A stretch of DNA of 32,000 nt. It comes from Candidatus Saccharimonadota bacterium (GTDB taxonomy: Bacteria > Patescibacteriota > Gracilibacteria > UBA1369 > 2-02-FULL-48-14). The notes under the pieces were generated by a model, which saw only the letters and a list, made by a program, of their open reading frames with translations, ran no database searches and was not told the DNA's origin. Below are positions 7,084 through 15,721 of this stretch, piece by piece. The stretch spans positions 1,290,001 through 1,322,000 of the forward strand of contig CP064962.1 in NCBI GenBank assembly GCA_016699145.1. Reading direction: 5' to 3'. A program made the translations under genes and the position numbers. How positions within the stretch are numbered: position 1 is the first letter of the stretch; each line of letters opens with the position of its first letter.

Positions 7084-8406
7084 TCAGAGACTCTCCCTCA
7101 AACCTCGCATCATTTCCACCCTCTTTCCAATGAGCTCCGCCGTCCCCACATCGCGTCGATGAAACACGGGTCCCGTTACCGCTGCGCAGGCCGCCTCAGC
7201 CGCGCGTTCAGCCTCTGCTAAATTCGAGCCCATTCCCACCATCGCAATCGCACGCGAGCCCAGCAAATAGAGCCCATCTTCACGGGAGTCCACAGAGGCG
7301 TAATACATTTTCACCCCTTCCGGCATAGGGCCCAGCTCAATCCTCACATTCTTTATCGCCGCAGTAGGGTAGCCTTCAGGGCACAGATATTTCACCACCG
7401 TTGCTTTTTTTTCAAATTCCACAGTGAGCGAATCCAAAGTGCCTTCCAAAATCGCCTCACACACAGTCACAAAATCCGACTGAAGCAGCGGCAGCACATT
7501 CATCACCTCGGGGTCACCGAAACGCGCATTGTACTCAATGAGACGCACGCCGTCTTTCACCGCCATAAAGCCTCCGTACATGATGCCCTTAAATTCCGCA
7601 CCGCACTCTTGCTTCAATGCCGCAGCCACCTTCACCGTGATCTCATGTGCTGCCGCTAAATCCGCTTCTGTCAAAAAGGGAAGGGAGCCATTCGCATCGC
7701 CATAAGTGCCCATTCCACCGGTGTTCGGACCCGTGTCCCCTTCGAAGGCGCGTTTGTGATCTTGCACCGCCGGCATGTCCACCACATGAGTGCCATCACA
7801 AAAACTCATGAGTGAAAACTCAACTCCCACAAATTTTTCTTCCACCACAACGCGTCCAAATTTTTCAATGGAAGCCTGAGCAAAAGCCACTCCCTCATCG
7901 AAAGTCTTCAAATGTTCACCGGACACCTGCACCCCTTTTCCACCCAAGAGACCATCGGCTTTCACCACATATTCACCGCCGAGTTCCGCCATCCACTCTT
8001 TGAGGCCCTCCACCGCAAAAAAAACTTTGTAACGAGGGTTGCCAAGGATGCCATATTTTTCCACTAAATCGCGCGTGAAGGATTTGGAACTTTCCAGGCG
8101 AGCCAAGCTTTTCAAAGGAGCCACACTGCGAATGCCGAGTTCTAAAAGCACATCGGCAGCGCCCGCACCAATGGGATCATCGGGACCCACGAAAGCAAAG
8201 TCCGGTTTGAAACTCATCGCAAAGGTTTTCAATGCTTCAAAATCCAGCAAACTGTCCGCAAGATGATACTCACTCGCAAGCTCTTTAATCCCTGGATTCA
8301 CCGCCGTCGCAAACACGCCCAGTTCCACTTCTTGTGGGCTGCGCTTCAAAGTTTCTGCAATGCAATGTTCACGAGCCCCATTTCCAACAAGAAGGATTTT
8401 TTTCAT
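7084..8406 (-). CDS. purD: Phosphoribosylamine--glycine ligase
   Basis: MKKILLVGNGAREH is the typical N-terminus, and there is ATP-grasp and PurD-like sequence throughout (GGMGTY, EYNARFGDPE). ATG at 8406. Confidence 0.9.
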   Translation of the reverse strand: MKKILLVGNGAREHCIAETLKRSPQEVELGVFATAVNPGIKELASEYHLADSLLDFEALKTFAMSFKPDFAFVGPDDPIGAGAADVLLELGIRSVAPLKSLARLESSKSFTRDLVEKYGILGNPRYKVFFAVEGLKEWMAELGGEYVVKADGLLGGKGVQVSGEHLKTFDEGVAFAQASIEKFGRVVVEEKFVGVEFSLMSFCDGTHVVDMPAVQDHKRAFEGDTGPNTGGMGTYGDANGSLPFLTEADLAAAHEITVKVAAALKQECGAEFKGIMYGGFMAVKDGVRLIEYNARFGDPEVMNVLPLLQSDFVTVCEAILEGTLDSLTVEFEKKATVVKYLCPEGYPTAAIKNVRIELGPMPEGVKMYYASVDSREDGLYLLGSRAIAMVGMGSNLAEAERAAEAACAAVTGPVFHRRDVGTAELIGKRVEMMRGLRESL

Positions 8407-8418
8407 GAGCAACGGAGT

Positions 8419-9900
8419 TTAAATCAAAGGCACTTGCGCTTCCATTTCCACTTGCGCACACGAACGACTTTCTTCCGCCGCACGCAACACTTCTTCCGTC
8501 ACATCTGGAGTGGGGTATTTTCCATCGAAACACGCCATGCAAAAACGCTCAATTTTTGGATTTCCTTCACGCACCGCTTCTGCCAAATCTTCTAAATTTT
8601 GATAAAAAACCCGATCCGCTCCAATGGCCTTTGAAATTTCATCTTCAGTCAATTCATTGGCCACAAATTCTTTACGACTGGGCATATCCACTCCATACAC
8701 ACAAGGATTATGCAGAGGCGCTGCTGCAGAAGCAAAATAAACCTTTTTAGCCCCCATATCTCGAACCATTTGCACAATCTTTTTAGATGTGTTTCCACGC
8801 ACAATGGAGTCATCCACCAGCAGCACATTCTTGCCCTCAATTTCGAGCCGAATCGGATTCAACTTTCGACGAATATTGCTTTGACGCATACTCTGTCCTG
8901 GCATAATAAAAGTGCGCCCCACATAACGATTTTTTACCAATCCTTCGCGGTACTTCACGCCCAGTTCATAGGCAAGAGGCACAGCGGAGTGACGAGAAGT
9001 GGAGGGCACCGGAATCACCACATCGATATCCATATTCGCAGCCTTGATTTTATGCGCCAATTTTTCACCCATGCGCAAACGTGCCTTGTACACCGAAATA
9101 TCATCAATCATGCTGTCGGGACGGGCAAAATAAACATATTCAAAAATACACGGGGTATAGACAGGTTTTTCGGCACAAATTTTACTAGTCATTTGTCCTT
9201 TGGTGTCCACAAAAATGACTTCCCCCGGTTTCACGTCGCGAATCACATTAAAGCCGAGCACATCGAGCGCCACGCTTTCAGAAGCAAAGATGGTGTCGGT
9301 GTACAAATCATCCTGGCGCTGCCCCATAATGAGCGGACGAATGGCATTGGGGTCACGGAACGCCATCATGCCCCTGCCGGCGATCATCACAATGCAGGCA
9401 TAGGCCCCCTTCACGCGTTTATAAACCTGTTCCATGGCCTTAAAGCACACCTCTGGCGTGAGCCCTGAAACGCCCAGTGCTTCAATTTCATGCGCTAAAA
9501 TATTGAGCAAAACTTCCGAGTCCGACTCCGTATTGAGATGCCGATGATCGGTGTCCAAAACTTCGCGTTTGAGTTGAGCCGTGTTCGTCAAATTTCCATT
9601 GTGAATCAGCGCAAGTCCAAACGGTGCGTTCACATAAAAAGGCTGTGCCTCCGCAGGATTGTAAGTGCCAGCCGTGGGGTAACGCACATGGGCCATTCCC
9701 GTATTTCCACGCAATACCTCCATGTCCTTTTGCTTAAAAACCTCAGACGCAAGTCCGTCCGCTTTTTTCATGTGGATGTGATGTCCCTCCATCGTCACCA
9801 TTCCCGCTGCATCTTGCCCGCGATGTTGAAGCATCATGAGTCCGTCGTAAAGTTCATTGGCGACAGGCTGATTGGAATGAATTCCGACGATTCCACACAT
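8419..9900 (-). CDS. purF: Amidophosphoribosyltransferase
   Basis: It has the N-terminal MCGIVG (Ntn nucleophile Cys) and the PRPP loop VLLVDDSIVRGNTS. A C-terminal Cys cluster (CMACFDGKYP) is consistent with the Fe-S type. Confidence 0.92.
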   Translation of the reverse strand: MCGIVGIHSNQPVANELYDGLMMLQHRGQDAAGMVTMEGHHIHMKKADGLASEVFKQKDMEVLRGNTGMAHVRYPTAGTYNPAEAQPFYVNAPFGLALIHNGNLTNTAQLKREVLDTDHRHLNTESDSEVLLNILAHEIEALGVSGLTPEVCFKAMEQVYKRVKGAYACIVMIAGRGMMAFRDPNAIRPLIMGQRQDDLYTDTIFASESVALDVLGFNVIRDVKPGEVIFVDTKGQMTSKICAEKPVYTPCIFEYVYFARPDSMIDDISVYKARLRMGEKLAHKIKAANMDIDVVIPVPSTSRHSAVPLAYELGVKYREGLVKNRYVGRTFIMPGQSMRQSNIRRKLNPIRLEIEGKNVLLVDDSIVRGNTSKKIVQMVRDMGAKKVYFASAAAPLHNPCVYGVDMPSRKEFVANELTEDEISKAIGADRVFYQNLEDLAEAVREGNPKIERFCMACFDGKYPTPDVTEEVLRAAEESRSCAQVEMEAQVPLI

Positions 9901-9931
9901 AGGGGAGGCCCGTTGGGCTATTTAAAAGCGA

Positions 9932-10789
9932 TCAAAGAGTAACTTGTTTGCGTGCCGCTGTCACGGTATTCATCAGCAAGCAGGCTACGGTCATGGGCCC
10001 CACGCCTCCAGGAACAGGAGTGATCATAGAGACCTTGGGTTCCACAGTTTCAAAATCCACATCTCCACACAGTTTTCCGTCTTCCGTGCGATGCATGCCC
10101 ACGTCGATCACAATGGCTCCTTCTTTCACCATGTCGGCTTTCACAAAACGAGGCTTGCCCACGGCAGCGACGAGCAAATCCGCCTCACGAGTGAATTTTT
10201 CTAAATCTTTGGTTTTACTGTGGCAAATCGTCACGGTGGCGTCGCGGTTCAAAAGCATCACTCCCATGGGTTTGCCCACAATATTGCTGCGTCCAATCAC
10301 TACGATGTTCATGCCGGATACATCGATCTTATAAAACTCCAAAATCTTGGTGATTCCCTTGGGTGTGCAAGGTGCCATGTTTTCAAATTCAGCGCTCAAA
10401 AACATTTTGCCCACATTATAGGCTTGGAATCCATCCACATCTTTCACGGGATCAATGGCTTTGATGATTTTTGAAACCTCCAAATGCTTGGGAATCGGCA
10501 ATTGCAAAATCATGCCATGCACTTCAGGATCATGATTGAGTCGCTCAATTTCAGCGATAAGCGCATCTTGGCTGATGCTTGCAGGCAATTCCAATTTTTC
10601 ACTGAGCATGCCCACTTTTTCACACGCTTCTTGCTTTTTGCGAACATAGACTTGGCTCGCAGCATTTTCACCCACAAAAATCACCACAAGTTTTGGGAAA
10701 ACACCCTTCTGCTTCAGTTCCTCCACGTCGCGTTGCACTTCAGCGAGCAGAGAATCAGAAACCGCGCGTCCATCCAGGATTTGTGCCAT
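9932..10789 (-). CDS. folD: Bifunctional methylenetetrahydrofolate dehydrogenase/methenyl-THF cyclohydrolase
   Basis: Motifs YVRKKQEACEKVGM, VIGRSNIVGKPM and TPVPGGVGPMTVA are present. Confidence 0.92.
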   Translation of the reverse strand: MAQILDGRAVSDSLLAEVQRDVEELKQKGVFPKLVVIFVGENAASQVYVRKKQEACEKVGMLSEKLELPASISQDALIAEIERLNHDPEVHGMILQLPIPKHLEVSKIIKAIDPVKDVDGFQAYNVGKMFLSAEFENMAPCTPKGITKILEFYKIDVSGMNIVVIGRSNIVGKPMGVMLLNRDATVTICHSKTKDLEKFTREADLLVAAVGKPRFVKADMVKEGAIVIDVGMHRTEDGKLCGDVDFETVEPKVSMITPVPGGVGPMTVACLLMNTVTAARKQVTL

Positions 10790-10815
10790 TGGCTTTTGAG
10801 ATTCGGGCCTCCATT

Positions 10816-11412
10816 CTAGCGGCTTAGACGACTAAGATGCAACTTCTCTTCAACAAGCCCCCACAAGCGTTGGGCAACTTCTTCAATACTTCCTTCTACG
10901 GGAACTTTCAGCCAGCCATATTTTTGGCCCAGTTCCAGATGAATTTGACGAGAGCGTTCCATGAAATCAGGGTTGCTTTCGTGGATGTGCGCCTTTTCGG
11001 CAGCATGCCCAAAACGTTCCCCATCGAGTAAAATGGCCAAATCTTCTTTTATGAGCCCTGCATTCAAAGCCTCCAGCCATTCTACTTTTGCACCTTTCAC
11101 CGTGCCCCAGGCCAATCCCGTTCCCGTATAATCCTCTGCTACTACTATTTTTCCCTCCGCCAGCCAAGCCTGCAAAGTGGGTTGAAACTGATAGCGATTC
11201 AAGGTGAACCACATCTGTAACTCCTCCTCAGTGATGGTTTGAGCAGCTCCACTCCTCAAAAACTCATTTAAATAAGGTCCGGTGGGTTCTACGTCATAAA
11301 CTGGATATTTCACATAAACCGCATCTCGTCCGGCAGCTTTCAATCGATCCACCAGCAACTTTGCTTGAGTGGTTTTCCCTATATTGTTGATGCCGTACAA
11401 AGTGATGAGCAT
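10816..11412 (-). CDS. Thymidylate (dTMP) kinase-like P-loop nucleotide kinase
   Basis: A P-loop-like GINNIGKTTQ is followed by LVDRL...G as in Tmk-family kinases. The specific substrate cannot be inferred. Confidence 0.55.
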   Translation of the reverse strand: MLITLYGINNIGKTTQAKLLVDRLKAAGRDAVYVKYPVYDVEPTGPYLNEFLRSGAAQTITEEELQMWFTLNRYQFQPTLQAWLAEGKIVVAEDYTGTGLAWGTVKGAKVEWLEALNAGLIKEDLAILLDGERFGHAAEKAHIHESNPDFMERSRQIHLELGQKYGWLKVPVEGSIEEVAQRLWGLVEEKLHLSRLSR

Positions 11413-11419
11413 ACAATGA

Positions 11420-12664
11420 TTATTGCTTTTCCATTATGACGAGGTCCCATGGTAACACGAAATCATTCTTTGTGAGAGGGTAGGAGTTCTCCGTAGGCGC
11501 AAGGATGATACCGGGCCCTATATCCAAACGGGGGTAAGCTTCTCTAAAAGCTTGAATGCCACGTGCATCGGAGCGTTTTGGGTGGCTGTCGGCCTTGATT
11601 TCAATGGGAAAGTAACGACCATCTTTTTCTAAAATGAGATCGACTTCGGATCCGGAATGGAGCCGCCAATGATACAATTTAGGGGATGTACTCATGGCGC
11701 TGCATTGCTTGTGAAGCTCCATCACCACAGCAGTTTCAAAAAGTGCCCCTAAAAGAGGATGGCTTGCAATGCTTTGAGGTGAAGAAATGGCCTGCAGGGC
11801 ACAGACGAGTCCCGTATCTACGCAGTAGCCCTTAGGTTTTCGACTCAATCTTTTGATTAGATTTCCAGAAAAAGCAGGTATCTCAAACCACTGAAAACTA
11901 GCTTTAAGCAAGTCCAAATAATGTCTGGCAGTTTGAGGAGAAAGACCAAATTCTCGGCCCATCTGCGAATAGTTCACTTCTTGTGCGCTAAGTGCAGCGC
12001 TTAAAGCAACAAATCGATTGAAAAGTTGAAGATTGGATATATCCGCCATCAAGCGAACGTCACGTTCGATGTAGCTACGAATGTAAGATTGATAATAATC
12101 TGGAACCGTTTCTAGTGGAATCACTTGAGCTTCTGGGTAGAACCCCCTCCACAACTGTTCATAGAGTGTAGTTTTTTGTAGCGGGCGACTGTGTTTTGCT
12201 CTTAAAAAGGCTTCTGGATCTTTCAAGAAAGTGTCTAGCCATGGAGAAAAATCATCGTTGATTTCGTAAAAAGAAAAAGGAGGCAAATCCAAAAAAACAG
12301 CTCGTCCAGCTAGACTTTCAGAAATAGATTTCATGACACCCCACTGTTGAGAGCCAGTGATGATGTATTGACCTGGTTTACGATTCTTATCGACCCGGCG
12401 TTTAATCACAGCTAAAAGATCAGGGGCATATTGAATCTCATCTAAAATGAGTGGAGTGGGATGGTGGTCCAAAAAAAGCTCAGGATCCTGGCGAGCATTG
12501 CCAATATCAATCACAGGGTCAAAGACAATATAATCAAAGCCTGCGCCAAACTCATGATTGAGCAAGGTGCTTTTTCCCACTTGTCGCGCGCCTGAAAGAA
12601 CCACCACCGGGAAGGTTTCTACTAAAAACTTCAGTCTATCTGTGATCAATCGGCGTCTGTACAT
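11420..12664 (-). CDS. AAA+ ATPase with C-terminal DUF4143-type domain
   Basis: It has Walker A GARQVGKST and Walker B-like LILDEIQ. The length (414 aa) and the C-terminal EVDLILE...PIEIK pattern are typical of the AAA_14/DUF4143 family. Confidence 0.7.
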   Translation of the reverse strand: MYRRRLITDRLKFLVETFPVVVLSGARQVGKSTLLNHEFGAGFDYIVFDPVIDIGNARQDPELFLDHHPTPLILDEIQYAPDLLAVIKRRVDKNRKPGQYIITGSQQWGVMKSISESLAGRAVFLDLPPFSFYEINDDFSPWLDTFLKDPEAFLRAKHSRPLQKTTLYEQLWRGFYPEAQVIPLETVPDYYQSYIRSYIERDVRLMADISNLQLFNRFVALSAALSAQEVNYSQMGREFGLSPQTARHYLDLLKASFQWFEIPAFSGNLIKRLSRKPKGYCVDTGLVCALQAISSPQSIASHPLLGALFETAVVMELHKQCSAMSTSPKLYHWRLHSGSEVDLILEKDGRYFPIEIKADSHPKRSDARGIQAFREAYPRLDIGPGIILAPTENSYPLTKNDFVLPWDLVIMEKQ

Positions 12665-12706
12665 ACTCGAATTTTAACAGTCAGACTGTTAAATATCAAG
12701 CCAAAA

Positions 12707-13135
12707 CTAGTCCGTACTCCCAAATCCACCCCGGCTTTCTTCACGAATACTGTCCACTTCCAACCAGTCAAACTTGTCCACTCGTACAAAGACCCCCTGA
12801 GCAATCTTTTCGCCGCGTTCCACGGTCACCGGAGCATCCGAAAAATTATAAACCTGGATTTTAAGTTCATCTTGGGGGCCGCAATAATCTCGATCAATCA
12901 CCCCAAAACCATGCGGAGGAGTGAGGCCCTTCTTTTTAGGTGTGCTGCTGCGAGAAGCCACCGCCAGCATATAACCTTTAGGCACTTCTACGATCACGTT
13001 CCCCGGCACCAACTCGATTTTCCCAGGTTCTATCACCACCGTTTCCCGCGCCACCAAATCAAATCCCACACTGCCCTCGGTGGCATAAGTGGGAAGGGGA
13101 AGGCTTTTGTCGATGCGTTGGATGCGGATTTGCAT
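12707..13135 (-). CDS. dut: dUTP diphosphatase
   Basis: GSVGFDL, GVIDRDYCG and the C-terminal RGGFGSTD are dUTPase motifs, and the 142-aa length fits. Confidence 0.88.
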   Translation of the reverse strand: MQIRIQRIDKSLPLPTYATEGSVGFDLVARETVVIEPGKIELVPGNVIVEVPKGYMLAVASRSSTPKKKGLTPPHGFGVIDRDYCGPQDELKIQVYNFSDAPVTVERGEKIAQGVFVRVDKFDWLEVDSIREESRGGFGSTD

Positions 13136-13166
13136 GACGCAACTTTAGCATGAAGTCATCAACACT

Positions 13167-13200
13167 AGTCAATTGACTAAAGTAGGAAAAGATTTATAAT
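13167..13200 (+). promoter_or_regulatory. Promoter for 13207 gene: TTGACT (13173-13178), 16 nt, TATAAT (13195-13200), embedded in the perfect palindrome AGTCAATTGACT (13167-13178)
   Basis: The hexamers were read directly. The -10 ends 6 nt before the ATG at 13207, which implies a leaderless or near-leaderless transcript. Confidence 0.55.
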
Positions 13201-13206
13201 AAAAGC

Positions 13207-13818
13207 ATGAATCAGCTCTTACGAATAGGATTACTAGCCGCCACGACAATGACATCTGGGAGTCTGAAAGAAAGGACTCCAGCTCAAGTTGATTCTATCC
13301 ATCAAGAGAATCGTAGAGAAGGGGAAGGCACCATCCCAAATTGGGTGAATGACTACCAAAAATTACTCGAGCAAGCCGTCAAACAAGAAAAAGTCAGCTC
13401 AGCAGAAGCTCCCCAAACTGAAGACGTTGATCAAGAGATCAACTTAACATTGGAACGCAATCAACGTACCAACACAGAAGAACAATTTTGGACAACAGCT
13501 TCAAAACTGGAGGAACAATTGAATCGAAAAAATTTACGCTTTGCTTTAGAAAGTGATTTTGCTCAACCTGAAAAAGGAACTCTAGTACTGAGAGATGGCG
13601 AATGGATGTATAAGCTCAGTTTACCAAATAAGGGACAGGTCAATTTAGCTTATCAATACAATGTTCTTTTTGAAGAATTTGAATGGAAAAATGGGGAATT
13701 TGAACGCAGGGATGAAAAAGTAATTCAGTCCAATTTAATAAACTTACTGGTAGAAAAAATTGCAAACGAATTTATTCAAGCCAATCCCATAAAGCCTGAA
13801 GGAGCTGTTCAAGAATAA
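13207..13818 (+). CDS. Hypothetical protein (no recognisable family), AT-rich orphan
   Basis: It is a 203-aa ORF with a strong promoter upstream and a terminator downstream. Two 60-nt lines I counted give 38% and 28% GC, against 55% for one rplA line. Confidence 0.55.
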   Translation: MNQLLRIGLLAATTMTSGSLKERTPAQVDSIHQENRREGEGTIPNWVNDYQKLLEQAVKQEKVSSAEAPQTEDVDQEINLTLERNQRTNTEEQFWTTASKLEEQLNRKNLRFALESDFAQPEKGTLVLRDGEWMYKLSLPNKGQVNLAYQYNVLFEEFEWKNGEFERRDEKVIQSNLINLLVEKIANEFIQANPIKPEGAVQE

Positions 13819-13838
13819 AGAGCCCCTTTCGGAGCTCT
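13811..13838 (-). terminator. Rho-independent terminator serving rplA (minus strand): AGAGCTCC-GAAA-GGGGCTCT followed by TTATTCTT
   Basis: An 8-bp stem with one mismatch sits at 13819-13838 with a GNRA loop on the minus strand. The U-rich tract runs into the 3' end of the convergent gene. Confidence 0.5.
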
Positions 13839-13857
13839 TTGAGGGAAGCACATTCAG

Positions 13858-13875
13858 GCCGCATTGCGGCTTTTT
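13858..13875 (+). terminator. Rho-independent terminator serving the 13207 gene (plus strand): GCCGC-ATT-GCGGC followed by TTTTT
   Basis: A GC-only 5-bp stem at 13858-13870 is followed by T5 at 13871-13875, and the T-tract overlaps the rplA stop codon. Confidence 0.5.
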
Positions 13876-14572
13876 ATAAACTGCTGAGGGTTTCGTTCAC
13901 CGTTACCTTCACAGCAGGTCCCATAGACGCACAAAGGGTGATGGTGTTGATGAAGTTTCCCTTCACGGCAGCCGGTTTCTTTTCATTCACAGCCTTGAGA
14001 TAGCTAGCGATGTTTTCTTCGAGTTGTTTGGCTCCGAAAGAAGCTTTTCCCACTACATTGTGCAGATTTCCTTGCTTGTCATTGCGGAATTCCACCTGTC
14101 CTTTGATGAGATCGGCAATCACTCCGGTCACATTGGGAGTAACGGTTCCAGATTTAGGATTGGGCATGAGTCCTGCCTGACCGAGTTGGCGAGCCACCTT
14201 GGCAAGGTTCTTCATCATATCGGGAGTGGCCACAGCAACATCAAAGTCGAGCCATCCTTTCTCAATCTTTTCAACGAGTTCATTGGCACCGGCTTCAATC
14301 GCTCCTGCTTCCTTGGCTTCCTTAACCTTGTCTTCGGTCACGAAAGCCACCACACGCACCTTTTTACCGGTTCCATGAGGCAAAGCCACTGTAGAACGGA
14401 TCATTTGTTCCGCTTGAGTGGGATCGATCCCCAGGTTCAAATGGATCTCGATTGAAGAATCAAACTTGGTGCTTGCGGTTTCTTTAACCAGCGCAGCCGC
14501 TTCATTAAGAGGATAAAGCTTTCCAGCTTCGATCTTTCCAAGCGCGGCTTGGTACTTTTTACCGTGAGACAT
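13874..14572 (-). CDS. rplA: 50S ribosomal protein L1
   Basis: MSHGKKYQAALGKIE...YPLNEAAALVKE...KFDSSIEIHLNLGIDP is typical L1. Confidence 0.92.
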   Translation of the reverse strand: MSHGKKYQAALGKIEAGKLYPLNEAAALVKETASTKFDSSIEIHLNLGIDPTQAEQMIRSTVALPHGTGKKVRVVAFVTEDKVKEAKEAGAIEAGANELVEKIEKGWLDFDVAVATPDMMKNLAKVARQLGQAGLMPNPKSGTVTPNVTGVIADLIKGQVEFRNDKQGNLHNVVGKASFGAKQLEENIASYLKAVNEKKPAAVKGNFINTITLCASMGPAVKVTVNETLSSL

Positions 14573-14586
14573 ACTAGAGGGGTTAT

Positions 14587-14615
14587 GGGGTGCGAACGAT
14601 CTTGCGATCTCCCCC
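14587..14615 (-). promoter_or_regulatory. Structured element in the rplK-rplA spacer (GGGG-A-GAUC-GCAA-GAUC-GUUCGCA-CCCC), candidate L1 autoregulatory site
   Basis: Read on the minus strand, it forms two short helices separated by an asymmetric internal loop and capped by a GNRA tetraloop. It lies 15 nt upstream of the rplA ATG. The function is inferred only. Confidence 0.3.
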
Positions 14616-14628
14616 GTGAATTATTAGA

Positions 14629-15057
14629 TTACCACTCAACCTTAACTCCCATGCTGCGAGCGGTTCCAGCCATGATTTTCATAGCGGCTTCCACATCATT
14701 GGCATTGAGGTCTTCCATCTTTTCTTTAGCAATTTCTTCGAGTTGAGCGCGAGTGATGGTTCCAACCTTATCCTTGTGAGGAACAGCAGAACCCTTCTCG
14801 AGATTGATGGCTTTTTTGATCAAAATCGCAGCCGGAGCCTTCTTCATGATGAAGCTGAAGCTTCGATCTTCATAAATCGTGATGATACAAGGAACAATTG
14901 TGTCCCCGAGAGGTCGGGTTTTTTCATTGAATTCCTGGCAAAAACCTTGCAAATTCACTCCGTGTGGACCGAGAGCGGTTCCGACTGGAGGTGCTGGGTT
15001 TGCCTTTCCTGCAGGGATTTGCAGTTTGACAATCGCGTTGATCTTTTTAGGAGCCAT
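14629..15057 (-). CDS. rplK: 50S ribosomal protein L11
   Basis: [25 protein letters not shown] is the L11 signature. Confidence 0.93.
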   Translation of the reverse strand: MAPKKINAIVKLQIPAGKANPAPPVGTALGPHGVNLQGFCQEFNEKTRPLGDTIVPCIITIYEDRSFSFIMKKAPAAILIKKAINLEKGSAVPHKDKVGTITRAQLEEIAKEKMEDLNANDVEAAMKIMAGTARSMGVKVEW

Positions 15058-15080
15058 AGTCGTTTTAAAGCCTGCAAACT

Positions 15081-15704
15081 CTACTGAAGACTCTTTAGGA
15101 TGTCAAATAGTTTTTTCATCTTTTCATGTTCCGTTTGTGCGTACTCAAAACCATAAATGCGCTTCCCATACAAAGCGACCATGTGCACGGTCTTCACTTT
15201 ACTCTTATGATTGAAGTAAAACGAAGCATCTCCATACATGTTGACTTCATTCACGGTTCCCAGGTCGGGAAGAGCTTTAGCGGCTTCGCGCAAAGTCAAA
15301 TAAGCCTGAAAAGATCCGGTATCGGTCGGATAAACGATTTCATAAAAACTGCCCACATAGCGTTCTCCATCAAAAAAATTGAGTTGTGAAAGCTGGGACT
15401 GACTGGCATCGCTGAAGGGAATAATCTGAAAAATCAAGCCTGAAAAAAGAGCTTCTTTCACCACTGGAAGCGTAAAGCCCGCCTGGGTGAGCAAATCTCC
15501 AGTGATCCATGAAGGACTTTTTTCTTCTTGCAGTTCCACTTCTTCCTCCACAGGTTCCGTGTCCAGTGGCTCGGGGATTTCTTCCACGGTTTGATTCTCT
15601 TCCACCGCAGGGTCTTCACCCAAATAATCATGAAAAAGCACATCCACCGTCGCCAGCACCACGACTAGGGAAAGAAGCAGAGAAAATACGGTGAATTTTT
15701 GCAT
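15081..15704 (-). CDS. Hypothetical membrane-anchored protein (N-terminal TM/signal anchor, acidic E/P-rich linker, ~130-aa globular domain)
   Basis: [20 protein letters not shown] is the hydrophobic anchor and [21 protein letters not shown] the linker. I recognise no family. It sits co-directionally 17 nt downstream of nusG and 23 nt upstream of rplK. Confidence 0.6.
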   Translation of the reverse strand: MQKFTVFSLLLSLVVVLATVDVLFHDYLGEDPAVEENQTVEEIPEPLDTEPVEEEVELQEEKSPSWITGDLLTQAGFTLPVVKEALFSGLIFQIIPFSDASQSQLSQLNFFDGERYVGSFYEIVYPTDTGSFQAYLTLREAAKALPDLGTVNEVNMYGDASFYFNHKSKVKTVHMVALYGKRIYGFEYAQTEHEKMKKLFDILKSLQ

Positions 15705-15721
15705 AGAACGAGGTGAGAAGC

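Noticed and set aside
8710-9468. 252-aa plus-strand ORF inside purF
   Set aside because: It is antisense to a full-length, motif-complete PurF, and its His/Arg-rich translation matches no family.
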